From positions 334,080 through 366,079 of the forward strand of contig CAVVUN010000015.1 in assembly GCA_963751455.1 (NCBI GenBank): a DNA stretch of 32,000 nucleotides, read 5' to 3'. Below are positions 23,147 to 30,976 of the stretch, one piece after another; position 1 is the stretch's first letter, and each line of letters opens with the position of its first letter. The notes under the pieces are model-generated. The model did not search any database, was not told the origin of the DNA, and saw only the letters and a list, made by a program, of their open reading frames with translations. The position numbers and the translations under genes were made by a program. The stretch is from Nitrospirota bacterium (GTDB taxonomy: Bacteria; Nitrospirota; UBA9217).

Positions 23147-23654
23147 GATCTCCTCCTTGATCGGATTCTAATGATGTTCTTTATATAGCTGCATCGGATA
23201 TGGCTAAAGAAGATTATTTGCCGGACCACCTCCTCTGGCTGAAATTCCATCAACGACCAGGCGGTGCATTAAATAAACCGGAACAGTTTGCGAAGTTCAA
23301 CGCATACATGTTGCCGCCGCGTTACTGTTGCAGAATATAGAAAATTGTCAGTTTGCAAACAATATAAAACGCGAGAGCGAATAATGTTCTACGATAATAT
23401 AATCAAAATCAAATTGCAAGAAAAGAGCGTTGTCCGGTCCATAAACTCTCATTATAGAGCAATGAAAGAAATTAATACAACAAGATGGAACGGCAATGCG
23501 TTTCCAGTATTGACATGCTGAGTGGTTTTTGTTAAGGTGGGGCATTCAAAAGCAATTCATGTAAGAAGATGCCTTTGCCGACACTTGGTTATGACAAATT
23601 AAGCGGGCTGGAGCCCGAATTTGATGCTTACTATACCGATTGAGGAGGAACAAA

Positions 23655-23903
23655 ATGGGACTGAAAGACGAAACTCCAAAAGAAACGCTGGATACCCTTG
23701 GAAGGGTATGCCCTTATCCGCTGTTGTTGACAAAAAAGGCGCTTGAAAAGCTTGGAAGCGGCCAGACACTGAAAGTACTCTGCGATGCACCAGCGTCTGC
23801 AGAAGACAGCATCCCCCGGTATGCCGAGAAGCAAGGTTATACGTTTGAATCGGTAAAGGTTGAAGACAAGGGAATGTGGGAGCTTTTTATCAAGAAGTCG
23901 TAA
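23655..23903 (+). CDS. tusA: Second TusA/SirA-family sulfur carrier protein
   Basis: GAGGAGG SD before the ATG at 23655 (the track start at 23640 is a TTG). CPxP motif (GRVCPYPLL). 82 aa. Confidence 0.8.
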   Translation: MGLKDETPKETLDTLGRVCPYPLLLTKKALEKLGSGQTLKVLCDAPASAEDSIPRYAEKQGYTFESVKVEDKGMWELFIKKS

Positions 23904-23938
23904 AGTCGTGATCTGTCAATAACGACTGAGAACACCAC

Positions 23939-23969
23939 GCCGGGAAGATCAATCTGCCCGGCTTTTTTT
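23939..23969 (+). terminator. Rho-independent terminator after tusA-2
   Basis: GCCGGG (23939-23944), 12-nt loop, CCCGGC (23957-23962), followed by T7 (23963-23969). Confidence 0.65.
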
Positions 23970-24004
23970 ACCGGAAAGCTGCTATTTTGTGCAGTATTTT
24001 GCTC

Positions 24005-24033
24005 TTGACAGGCACTTATCTGTCGGGCATAGT
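24005..24033 (+). promoter_or_regulatory. Candidate sigma70 promoter for the DUF4388-like gene
   Basis: TTGACA (24005-24010), 17-nt spacer, CATAGT (24028-24033). Confidence 0.4.
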
Positions 24034-24117
24034 AAGCACAGTTATCACCATCCGGACGTTATCTATGGGAGAATACGTTCGCAGTTTTATTTAGCTGAAT
24101 CCTTGGCAGGAGGATAC

Positions 24118-24432
24118 ATGGCTGGATCAAAACTATTGGCGGATGTTCTTCAGGAGCTCAATACCGGCAAAAAAACAGGAGCGCTTTTTATATCAGTGAC
24201 TGAAGCGAGCGAGAACCTTGTTCGCTTCTATTTTAGAGAAGGAAATATCTATACGGTATCGTATGGCCCGCTCAAGGACAAAGAGTGTCTGGATATCCTT
24301 GACTGCTACAGCTTCAACAAAATAATCTATTTCGAGGGTCTGAAGTCGCCTCAAGCATCGTCGGATCTTCCATCAACGGCGGACATCATATCGATGATAA
24401 GAAAAGGCGGCAAGGAAGTGCATACGGATTGA
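24118..24432 (+). CDS. DUF4388 (PATAN-like) domain protein
   Basis: AGGAGG SD before the ATG at 24118. LLADVLQELNTGKKTGALFISV...FYFREGNIYTVSYG...CLDILDCYSF matches the DUF4388 pattern (dllq.l....ktG.L.v......i.f..G.i). The upstream part of the track ORF (from 23989) has no support. Confidence 0.6.
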   Translation: MAGSKLLADVLQELNTGKKTGALFISVTEASENLVRFYFREGNIYTVSYGPLKDKECLDILDCYSFNKIIYFEGLKSPQASSDLPSTADIISMIRKGGKEVHTD

Positions 24433-24463
24433 GATTGAATCGTATTTTCGTCGGTCATCCCTG

Positions 24464-24485
24464 CTTTCCCCTGTCTTTCCCCTGT
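24464..24485 (+). promoter_or_regulatory. Tandem 11-bp direct repeat, candidate activator-binding site
   Basis: ctttcccctgt occurs twice, at 24464-24474 and 24475-24485 (one helical turn apart). About 110-130 bp upstream of the sigma54 promoter at 24592. Confidence 0.3.
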
Positions 24486-24591
24486 AAGAGTTGTCTTTTC
24501 TCCTTTCCGGACTGTATCAAATGCCACAAGATGCCCCGATTCGAAAGCTCCGGCTACCGTCAAATCCTTGATTCTTTTGAGTTCACTATTC

Positions 24592-24607
24592 TGGCAAACC
24601 TATTGCT
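24592..24607 (+). promoter_or_regulatory. Sigma54 (-24/-12) promoter of the Zn-ribbon/DUF2318/ABC operon
   Basis: TGGCAA accta TTGCT has the exact consensus spacing. It lies 38 nt upstream of the ATG at 24645. Confidence 0.65.
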
Positions 24608-24644
24608 AAAGACCTGTTGTACCAATATCGAAACGAGGTTAATC

Positions 24645-25592
24645 ATGAATTGTCCGAATTGCAGCACACAGAATGATGCGGATGCCGGCTATTGCAGCGA
24701 GTGCGGCAAGCTGCTTGCTCTCAAGCCGGAAATTGAAACTGGAAAGGCGAGGAAACCTTATCGCTTCATATTTTTTTTGATCCCGGTTATCTTCATTGCA
24801 GCGGGTTTTGGCTATTATAAATATTATTTGCCGGATGGCGTTTCAGCCCTGGTTAACGGCCAGGAGATCAAACGATCCGAACTGGATGCGGCCGTTGCCC
24901 GTGTTCAAGCGGTATACGGCACGAGTTCCGAAGGAGATCAAGCCGGACCGCAGGCGCGAAAACTTCGCTATCAGGTCCTGAACGGACTTATTTCCGAAAG
25001 GCTCATACTCCACGAGGCTGACAAGGCGGGATTCGGTGTTTCACCCGAAGAGGTAGCAGCCGCAGCATCACTGGCCCAGAAAGCGTCCGGAATGGACCAG
25101 CATCTGTTTTCGGCCGAAGTGATACGCCGGTACGGCAGCCTTCAGGCATTCGAAGAAGCAGTCAGGCGCGACCTCATCGTCGAGAAATTCATTTCAGAGA
25201 AAGTCCTTCCAAAGGGCGTCGATGATCGAACGGCGCGAGCAGAGGTCGACCGCTGGGTAGAAAAACTCCGGGCGTCCTCGGCAGTGCGGGTTACCCTGTC
25301 GGAACAGTGGTCAGGAGCAGGGTGCGGATGCTGCGGGAAATCACGGGGAACTCCGGCGGCCGAACAGGGAGGGAAGCAGCAGGGTTCCGTCCTGGCCGGC
25401 GTTCCTCAATCAGCGGACGGTCAGAAAGCGGCAGATGCGGGTCTCAAGTATTGGCGTGAAAAGCATGGAGAAGAAGACGTTTCCGCCAGGGTAAGCGACT
25501 TCGGCTGTCATCTGCAGGTGGATATTGTAAAAAAAGGGCAAACGATCGGCTCCCTTCGTTATCAGGGCGGCAATCTATCGGAGATGAGATAA
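24645..25592 (+). CDS. Zinc-ribbon-anchored periplasmic SurA-N/PpiD-like chaperone-domain protein with a CGCCG patch
   Basis: GAGG SD. MNCPNCSTQNDADAGYCSECG (CxxC-x12-CxxC), TM helix (FIFFLIPVIFIAAGFGYY). SurA N-terminal-like helical domain (VNGQEIKRSELDAAV...LISERLILHEADKAG...). Then GAGCGCCGK and a C-terminal FGCH-containing module. The track ORF start at 24429 is unsupported. Confidence 0.65.
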   Translation: MNCPNCSTQNDADAGYCSECGKLLALKPEIETGKARKPYRFIFFLIPVIFIAAGFGYYKYYLPDGVSALVNGQEIKRSELDAAVARVQAVYGTSSEGDQAGPQARKLRYQVLNGLISERLILHEADKAGFGVSPEEVAAAASLAQKASGMDQHLFSAEVIRRYGSLQAFEEAVRRDLIVEKFISEKVLPKGVDDRTARAEVDRWVEKLRASSAVRVTLSEQWSGAGCGCCGKSRGTPAAEQGGKQQGSVLAGVPQSADGQKAADAGLKYWREKHGEEDVSARVSDFGCHLQVDIVKKGQTIGSLRYQGGNLSEMR

Positions 25593-25603
25593 GGAGATAG
25601 ACC

Positions 25604-26236
25604 ATGAACAAATGCGGCAAATGCGGTGCTCAAATTACGAACAACTCAAAATATTGCAAGGCCTGCGGCTCTTCTATTTCGACGACAGGAGCAAGCCTTG
25701 ATACGAAAAAGGCGCGCGTACTGAACCGTGAAAGGCAATGGATAAAGCCTGTCATTATTTCGGTTGTCGTTGCTCTGGCCCTTACCGCGGGATGGATGTT
25801 TTCAGCGTCCAGGAAAACCGTCGCTCATCCGGTGTTTCAGCCTCAGAGGGAAGGAGCAGCAACGCTTACAAAAGCGGTGCCGGTAAAAGCTGCACGCGGA
25901 ACAATACGCATCCCGGTTGCCGGCGTGGCTGACGGCAAAGCGCACTTTTTTTCGTACGAGGGCCAGGCAAAGACCATTCTCTTCTTTGCGATCCGCGCCG
26001 CTGACGGAAGCATCAGAACTGCCTTCGATGCCTGCGTTGCTTGCAATCATGCGAAGCTTGGCTACCGGGAGGAGGGCGAACTCGTGGTCTGCAACAATTG
26101 CGGCATGGGCTTCAAGCCGACGGATATAGGCATTATGACCGGAGGTTGCAGCCCCATCGCCGTTGAAAAATCCCTGGACGGACAGATGATCGTTCTGAAG
26201 ACGAAAGATCTGGAAACAGGCGCGATGTACTTCTAA
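25604..26236 (+). CDS. Zinc-ribbon-anchored DUF2318-family membrane protein (Cys-rich periplasmic domain)
   Basis: AAGGAG SD. MNKCGKCGAQITNNSKYCKACG, one TM helix. Then FFSYE...FDACVACNHAKLGYREEGELVVCNNCGMGF...GGCSPI, the Cys pattern I associate with DUF2318/COG4393. Confidence 0.65.
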   Translation: MNKCGKCGAQITNNSKYCKACGSSISTTGASLDTKKARVLNRERQWIKPVIISVVVALALTAGWMFSASRKTVAHPVFQPQREGAATLTKAVPVKAARGTIRIPVAGVADGKAHFFSYEGQAKTILFFAIRAADGSIRTAFDACVACNHAKLGYREEGELVVCNNCGMGFKPTDIGIMTGGCSPIAVEKSLDGQMIVLKTKDLETGAMYF

Positions 26237-26312
26237 TTACGGCGTAATGCGGAATTAATAGATTGTGCTGTTCGAGCTTGCAGCCTAAAACTAATTATTA
26301 ACAGGTAACCTT

Positions 26313-27476
26313 ATGAAACTGATAGATATATCACTGAACAACCTTCTTCGGAAAAAAGGCCGGACCTTTTTTCTCGTGTCCGGTTTGGCGATGGGAATCG
26401 GGGCAGCCGTTGCAATGACGGCTGTCGGCGACGCAATGAACCGCGAAGTGATGCACTCGCTCGATGAATTCGGGGCGAACATCCTTGTGCTGCCCGCTTC
26501 CGAGGGGCTTCCGCTGTCCTACGGCGGCATCACCGTGTCCGCGGTGAGCGCCGGCGGCCGTGAACTGACAACCGATGATGTCGAAAAAATACGCACCATC
26601 AGGAATAAAGAGAACATCAGTACGATTGCTCCGAAACTGCTCGTGCAGACTGAGGTCAAAGGAACAAAGGTTCTGATTGCGGGAGTCAACTTCAAAGCAG
26701 AGCAGCGTCTCAAGAAGTGGTGGCGGGTTGCAGCCGGAATGAACCCCCAGAATGAGGGAGATGCCCTGATAGGCAAGGACGCGGCCGCCCGGCTCCATCT
26801 GGCGCCCGGCGACAGCATTGTGCTCGGCGGGAAAAGTGTCCGCGTGTCAGGCGTACTGGACAATACGGGGTCCCAGGATGACGGATTGATTTTTGCTGAC
26901 ATTAACCTCGTACAGACAAATTTTAACAAGGGCAATGATGTCAGTCTTATCGAGCTGTCGGCCCTCTGCAGCGGCTGCCCGATCGGGGACATCGTGGCGC
27001 AGGTGAACTCGGTGCTGCCCGGCGCACGCGCCGTGGCAGTCAAAGAAACGGTGGAGCTGAAAATGCAGGCAATGCATTACTTCCACAAATTCTCCCTTGG
27101 TATCTCCGCCCTCCTGCTCATTGTGGCCGGCATGATCATCTTTTTTGCCATGACCGCGTCCGTGAAGGAGCGCGTGCAGGAAATCGGACTGTTTCGGGCG
27201 ATCGGGTTCCGCACGGGTCATATCATCCAGGTGCTGCTCACCGAGGCCTTCATCGTCAGCCTGATTGCGGGTATTGCGGGGTATGTCGCGGGCATCATCG
27301 GTTCGCGTCTTGTGGCGCCATACCTGATGAGCGCCTACAACCTTACGTTCGAATTCGATCCCGCGCTCATGGTGAGAGCATTAGCGGCCTCGGTGCTTGT
27401 CGGTCTTGCGGCAAGCATTTTCCCGGCCGTACGCGCCGGCCGGCTGGACCCGGTAGAGGCGCTGAAGACGCTCTAA
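26313..27476 (+). CDS. MacB/FtsX-type ABC transporter permease
   Basis: 387 aa. One N-terminal TM helix, a large extracytoplasmic domain, and three C-terminal TM helices with the FtsX-type motif (ERVQEIGLFRAIGFRTGHI). Confidence 0.85.
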   Translation: MKLIDISLNNLLRKKGRTFFLVSGLAMGIGAAVAMTAVGDAMNREVMHSLDEFGANILVLPASEGLPLSYGGITVSAVSAGGRELTTDDVEKIRTIRNKENISTIAPKLLVQTEVKGTKVLIAGVNFKAEQRLKKWWRVAAGMNPQNEGDALIGKDAAARLHLAPGDSIVLGGKSVRVSGVLDNTGSQDDGLIFADINLVQTNFNKGNDVSLIELSALCSGCPIGDIVAQVNSVLPGARAVAVKETVELKMQAMHYFHKFSLGISALLLIVAGMIIFFAMTASVKERVQEIGLFRAIGFRTGHIIQVLLTEAFIVSLIAGIAGYVAGIIGSRLVAPYLMSAYNLTFEFDPALMVRALAASVLVGLAASIFPAVRAGRLDPVEALKTL

Positions 27477-27564
27477 GCGCATAGAGCAGAGCGCATAGCG
27501 CAAAGCGAAAGAGCAAAGCGCAAAAAAGCAGAAACGCTATGCGCCATGCCCCATGCGCTATGCG
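27477..27564. repeat. Nested inverted GCGCATAG / CTATGCGC repeats between the permease and ATPase genes
   Basis: gcgcatag at 27477-27484 and 27491-27498. Complements cgctatgcgc at 27535-27544 and gcgctatgcg at 27555-27564. Confidence 0.6.
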
Positions 27565-27580
27565 AATTTCAGGAGTTAAC

Positions 27581-28249
27581 ATGGCTTTCATTGAACTGAA
27601 AAACGTGAGTAAAATATTCCATGCGGGCGACGAAGATTATGCCGCCCTCAGGGCAATTTCGCTTAGCATCAACTCGGGTGAGTTTGTCGCGGTGATGGGG
27701 CCGTCCGGCTCGGGCAAAAGCACACTGCTTTCTCTTATCGGGGGTCTAAGCAAAGCGTCCTCCGGCGTGGTTTCCATCGACGACATCGAGCTCAACAGTC
27801 TTGGTCCGAACAAGCTCTCCGACTTCAGGCGGGAATATCTCGGGTTCGTGTTCCAGTCGTTCTATCTTGTGCCGTATCTGACCGCGCTCGAAAATGTAAT
27901 GCTCCCGCTCACGATCCAGCCCGGCTTGAACGGAACGGCCAGAGCAAAGGCACTTGAGGCCCTGTCGCGCGTGGGTCTCGATGCCAAGGCAAAGCGCCTG
28001 CCGTCGCAGCTCTCGGGCGGCGAACAGGAGCGTGTGGCAATTTCACGCGCGATCGTCAACAGCCCGGCGCTTATTCTTGCGGACGAGCCTACGGGAAATC
28101 TGGACACGAAGACCGGGGAAAAGGTGCTCGAACTGCTGGAGGGGCTGCATGCGGAAGGCCGGACCATCGTAATGGTGACCCACAGCAGGGAGAACGCCGG
28201 ACGGGCGGGAAGGACCATCGAGATCCGGGACGGTGTGGTTGTACAATAA
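27581..28249 (+). CDS. ABC transporter ATP-binding protein (MacB/LolD-like)
   Basis: AGGAG SD before the ATG at 27581. Walker A GPSGSGKST, Q-loop, signature LSGGEQERV, Walker B LILADEPT, H-loop VTHS. Confidence 0.9.
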   Translation: MAFIELKNVSKIFHAGDEDYAALRAISLSINSGEFVAVMGPSGSGKSTLLSLIGGLSKASSGVVSIDDIELNSLGPNKLSDFRREYLGFVFQSFYLVPYLTALENVMLPLTIQPGLNGTARAKALEALSRVGLDAKAKRLPSQLSGGEQERVAISRAIVNSPALILADEPTGNLDTKTGEKVLELLEGLHAEGRTIVMVTHSRENAGRAGRTIEIRDGVVVQ

Positions 28250-28343
28250 GTGTTGCAGGATGGTTCAATTGCAGATTGCACCCTGCACTCGCGGGTCCAC
28301 TCGTAACAACTGGGTGCAGGCGGATTTCGGATTGCCGAATTCT

Positions 28344-28991
28344 TTAAAATTCAAACAGGAACCCTGCGAGCCAGCTTGTGCCGCCCAGCTCCACGGTGCC
28401 TGACGGCAGGGCGTCCGCAGCTGCCTTGATGCGCTCGGCTTCAATAAAAAGGTAAGTATGCTCTACTCCCCAGTCGAGATAGAAACTGGTTGCGGCGCTG
28501 GGGTCGATCTTGTCCAAGAGGAGTTGAAGGCCGGCCCGAGCATGGGTCCCGTCGGCTGAACCTCGGGTGACTCCCTGGTCCTGGATTTCTTGTTTATAGA
28601 ACATTCTCGTCCAACCGCCTCCCACATACGGCACGAGCCATTGCCCTTCAGTGAATACGGCACGGATAAGAACAAATGCATTCAGCGGTGCAACTTCATG
28701 CGTGACATTCCCAGTAATTACTCCATGGAGCGGGGCAAAGCCTTGCCCGCTGTCGCGGCTGAATGAACCTTCGACCCCGATCTCGAGTTGCCGTATGATC
28801 TTGTAACCGAGCGAGGCGCCGTAAATGCCGCTATATCTCTCTCCGTAGTATTTAGACCAATTCTCAATCTCCGGTATAAACCGGCCACCCTTAATTTCCA
28901 GCGACCAGTATGGCCGGGTCGTGACCTCCTCGGCCGCAAACGATGTACAAGGCAAGATTACAAGGAACATCATCAAAAACAATTTTTTCAA
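28344..28991 (-). CDS. Outer-membrane beta-barrel protein
   Basis: 215 aa. Signal peptide [21 protein letters not shown] (TTG start overlapping the upstream stop). Alternating hydrophobic beta-strand pattern. C-terminal ...WLAGFLFEF ends in Phe. Confidence 0.7.
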   Translation of the reverse strand: MKKLFLMMFLVILPCTSFAAEEVTTRPYWSLEIKGGRFIPEIENWSKYYGERYSGIYGASLGYKIIRQLEIGVEGSFSRDSGQGFAPLHGVITGNVTHEVAPLNAFVLIRAVFTEGQWLVPYVGGGWTRMFYKQEIQDQGVTRGSADGTHARAGLQLLLDKIDPSAATSFYLDWGVEHTYLFIEAERIKAAADALPSGTVELGGTSWLAGFLFEF

Positions 28992-30823
28992 CTCACGCCC
29001 CCGCTCCGGAAAAAGTATCTGCTGAACAGAAAATACATGAACAAGAGCCCTATGACTAGTATAACAATCATTTTTGCCTGTAAGGACGTGTGTACCATTA
29101 AAAACGCTCCGGCCACCAGGGGCATCAGCGCAATTTGCATCATTGGCCGCGACCAGGGATGATCGTTTATGAATTGAGCTCCCCTAGGCCCATGGCGATA
29201 GTACCATCCCACGAACATTCTTCCAGGCCCGTTCGTCAGGAGATAACGGTCCCTGAACTGCCGCAACGCTTGAACCTGGGGGGCCGAATAATAGCCGTAT
29301 GCTGCAGTTGCGATGAAACAGCCATTATTCGCAAGTTGGGGATAGGGAGCTATGGCTTCGGGGAAATCGCTTACTGTGCCGGGGCTTCCGTACACTCTAT
29401 CTTCCAGAGATGCCGAGGCTTCATTAGAGAAAGCTTGACTGATAAACGATTTATTAAAGCTGTAATAAGGTTTGACAGCAAAATAATAGGTCGACTGAGT
29501 ATATGGAGTTACGATGAAATGATAGCTAGTTCCATTAGCAAGACCATCTATGAACCGGGACGTGGAATTGCCGACGTCGATGTTGACCGTGCTAGATGGC
29601 GGTGTTGTCGGAGGTGCCGTTACCGGCAAACTAGTATCATACCGAATCTCAAATCCGGTGATGCTGCCAGTCACCCGGCTTGTGAGATCCGTTGCCCAGT
29701 CAAGAGTGAGCGCTCCATTAGAAACAGTGGATGAAACCGCAGGACTGCCCGTCGGAGCTGATGACACTGATGAAACCAAGTTTGGTATGGTATGCGTTGC
29801 GGCGGTACTCATGGTGTCTATGGGAGTGCCATATTGACCGGATACGGTTCCAAAATAGACAAAATATCCGCCTACCATGTAGGATGTGTTTGGAGACCAG
29901 GTTACGGTAACGGAAGCTGGTGATGAGCCAGTCACTGAAGTTACGACTAAGCCGGATACTGGGAAGGGAATTTTATCCGCTTCTCCTCCGCCGTAGGCGC
30001 CAATGTCTGCGGCAGTAGCATCTATACTGTCGGTTCCGTCACCTTTGTCTTTAGCCGGCGATCCGCTTTTTAAGTGGAAGTCTCTGGCAGTTGGATTAAC
30101 GAATAAAGGGTCACTATTTACAATGTTTCCTTTATATGCAGGATCAGTTAAGTTCTCTATAACGGCAGGGCCAATAGTGCCTCCAAAGAAAAGATTATTC
30201 TTTATAGCATTCAGATCCATGGTGCTCGGAGTTATAGCAGTACCGCCGCTGTTCTGATAAAAGATATTATTTGTAATGTTTATAGCGGTTGTATCCGAAA
30301 CAATTCCATTGAGATTCCCATAAAAAGTATTATTGGTGATTTCTGTTGAGGGTGAACCAGTGGTCTCAACTCCCGAACTGCTCTCACCAGCCTGAAAAAC
30401 GTTATTGCTAATGGTTACAGAGGAAGAAGTGTTACGCACTAAAATTCCAGCGCCTGTCGCTGATGCCTGTATAAAAGTAAGTCTCCGTATGTCCATCGCT
30501 GTTGTAATGTTTTCTACTGTCAGGATTGTTCCTGTCCCACCACCGTCCAGAAAAGTTCTGGCAGTCTCGATACCACGTATTGAAACACTTTTATTTAAAG
30601 TGACATTGCCTGTGGCGTAAGTACCCGGCCCTATTTCTAAGGAATCTCCCGCAACTGCATTGGTTATTGCTTCAGAAAAACTGGTATAGCAGGGTGGTGT
30701 GGGTATGCCGGCGGGGCATTCACCTGTGTTGCTGACAAGGTGCCTTACTTCTGCTATTGATGCTTTCAAACCGGCAAGGACCATGATTCCTGCAACAGAA
30801 ATAATAATGAGAAAATTCTTCAT
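28988..30823 (-). CDS. Secreted right-handed beta-helix (PbH1) / two FN3-like domains / C-terminal CFIATAAYG module with TM helices
   Basis: 611 aa with a signal peptide. Repeats NNVFQ..., NNTFYGN..., NNIFYQN..., NNLFFGG... [26 protein letters not shown]3-like VTVTWSPN... and FEIRYD... Then [27 protein letters not shown] and two hydrophobic helices. Confidence 0.75.
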   Translation of the reverse strand: MKNFLIIISVAGIMVLAGLKASIAEVRHLVSNTGECPAGIPTPPCYTSFSEAITNAVAGDSLEIGPGTYATGNVTLNKSVSIRGIETARTFLDGGGTGTILTVENITTAMDIRRLTFIQASATGAGILVRNTSSSVTISNNVFQAGESSSGVETTGSPSTEITNNTFYGNLNGIVSDTTAINITNNIFYQNSGGTAITPSTMDLNAIKNNLFFGGTIGPAVIENLTDPAYKGNIVNSDPLFVNPTARDFHLKSGSPAKDKGDGTDSIDATAADIGAYGGGEADKIPFPVSGLVVTSVTGSSPASVTVTWSPNTSYMVGGYFVYFGTVSGQYGTPIDTMSTAATHTIPNLVSSVSSAPTGSPAVSSTVSNGALTLDWATDLTSRVTGSITGFEIRYDTSLPVTAPPTTPPSSTVNIDVGNSTSRFIDGLANGTSYHFIVTPYTQSTYYFAVKPYYSFNKSFISQAFSNEASASLEDRVYGSPGTVSDFPEAIAPYPQLANNGCFIATAAYGYYSAPQVQALRQFRDRYLLTNGPGRMFVGWYYRHGPRGAQFINDHPWSRPMMQIALMPLVAGAFLMVHTSLQAKMIVILVIGLLFMYFLFSRYFFRSGGVS

Positions 30824-30906
30824 TCGCTTTTGAGCCTCTCCTAGTGATGAAAAACTTTATCAGAATGTAAAGCGAATGTCAAAACAGATTATTGAACGAA
30901 AAAGTA

Positions 30907-30936
30907 TTGTTGAGTTTGGTTTTTTTATGTTATAAT
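30907..30936 (+). promoter_or_regulatory. Candidate extended -10 sigma70 promoter for the NHL-repeat gene
   Basis: TGtTATAAT (30928-30936), with TTGTTG/TTGAGT -35-like hexamers at 30907-30915. About 40 nt upstream of the ATG at 30977. Confidence 0.45.
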
Positions 30937-30976
30937 TGTACAGCTTTAGACTTAGAATGCAGTTGGAGGAATTTCC

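Noticed and set aside
23288-23545. 77-aa plus and 65-aa minus ORFs in the AT-rich divergent region
   Set aside because: They have no SD, overlap each other on opposite strands, and have AT-rich low-complexity composition. I treat the region as regulatory DNA.
23539-23555. Possible sigma54 promoter gGGgcattcaaaaGCa upstream of tusA-2
   Set aside because: Only the GG-N10-GC spacing fits. The flanking bases (GGGGCAT / AAGCA) deviate from TGGCAC / TTGCA. A nearby TGGAAC...TGCG (23485-23499) is one nt too short. Not reported as a feature.
26331-27221. Minus-strand ORFs of 155, 174 and 124 aa; also 27862-28281 and 29135-29837
   Set aside because: They are antisense to the FtsX permease, the ABC ATPase and the beta-helix gene respectively. 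They have no motifs or SDs.
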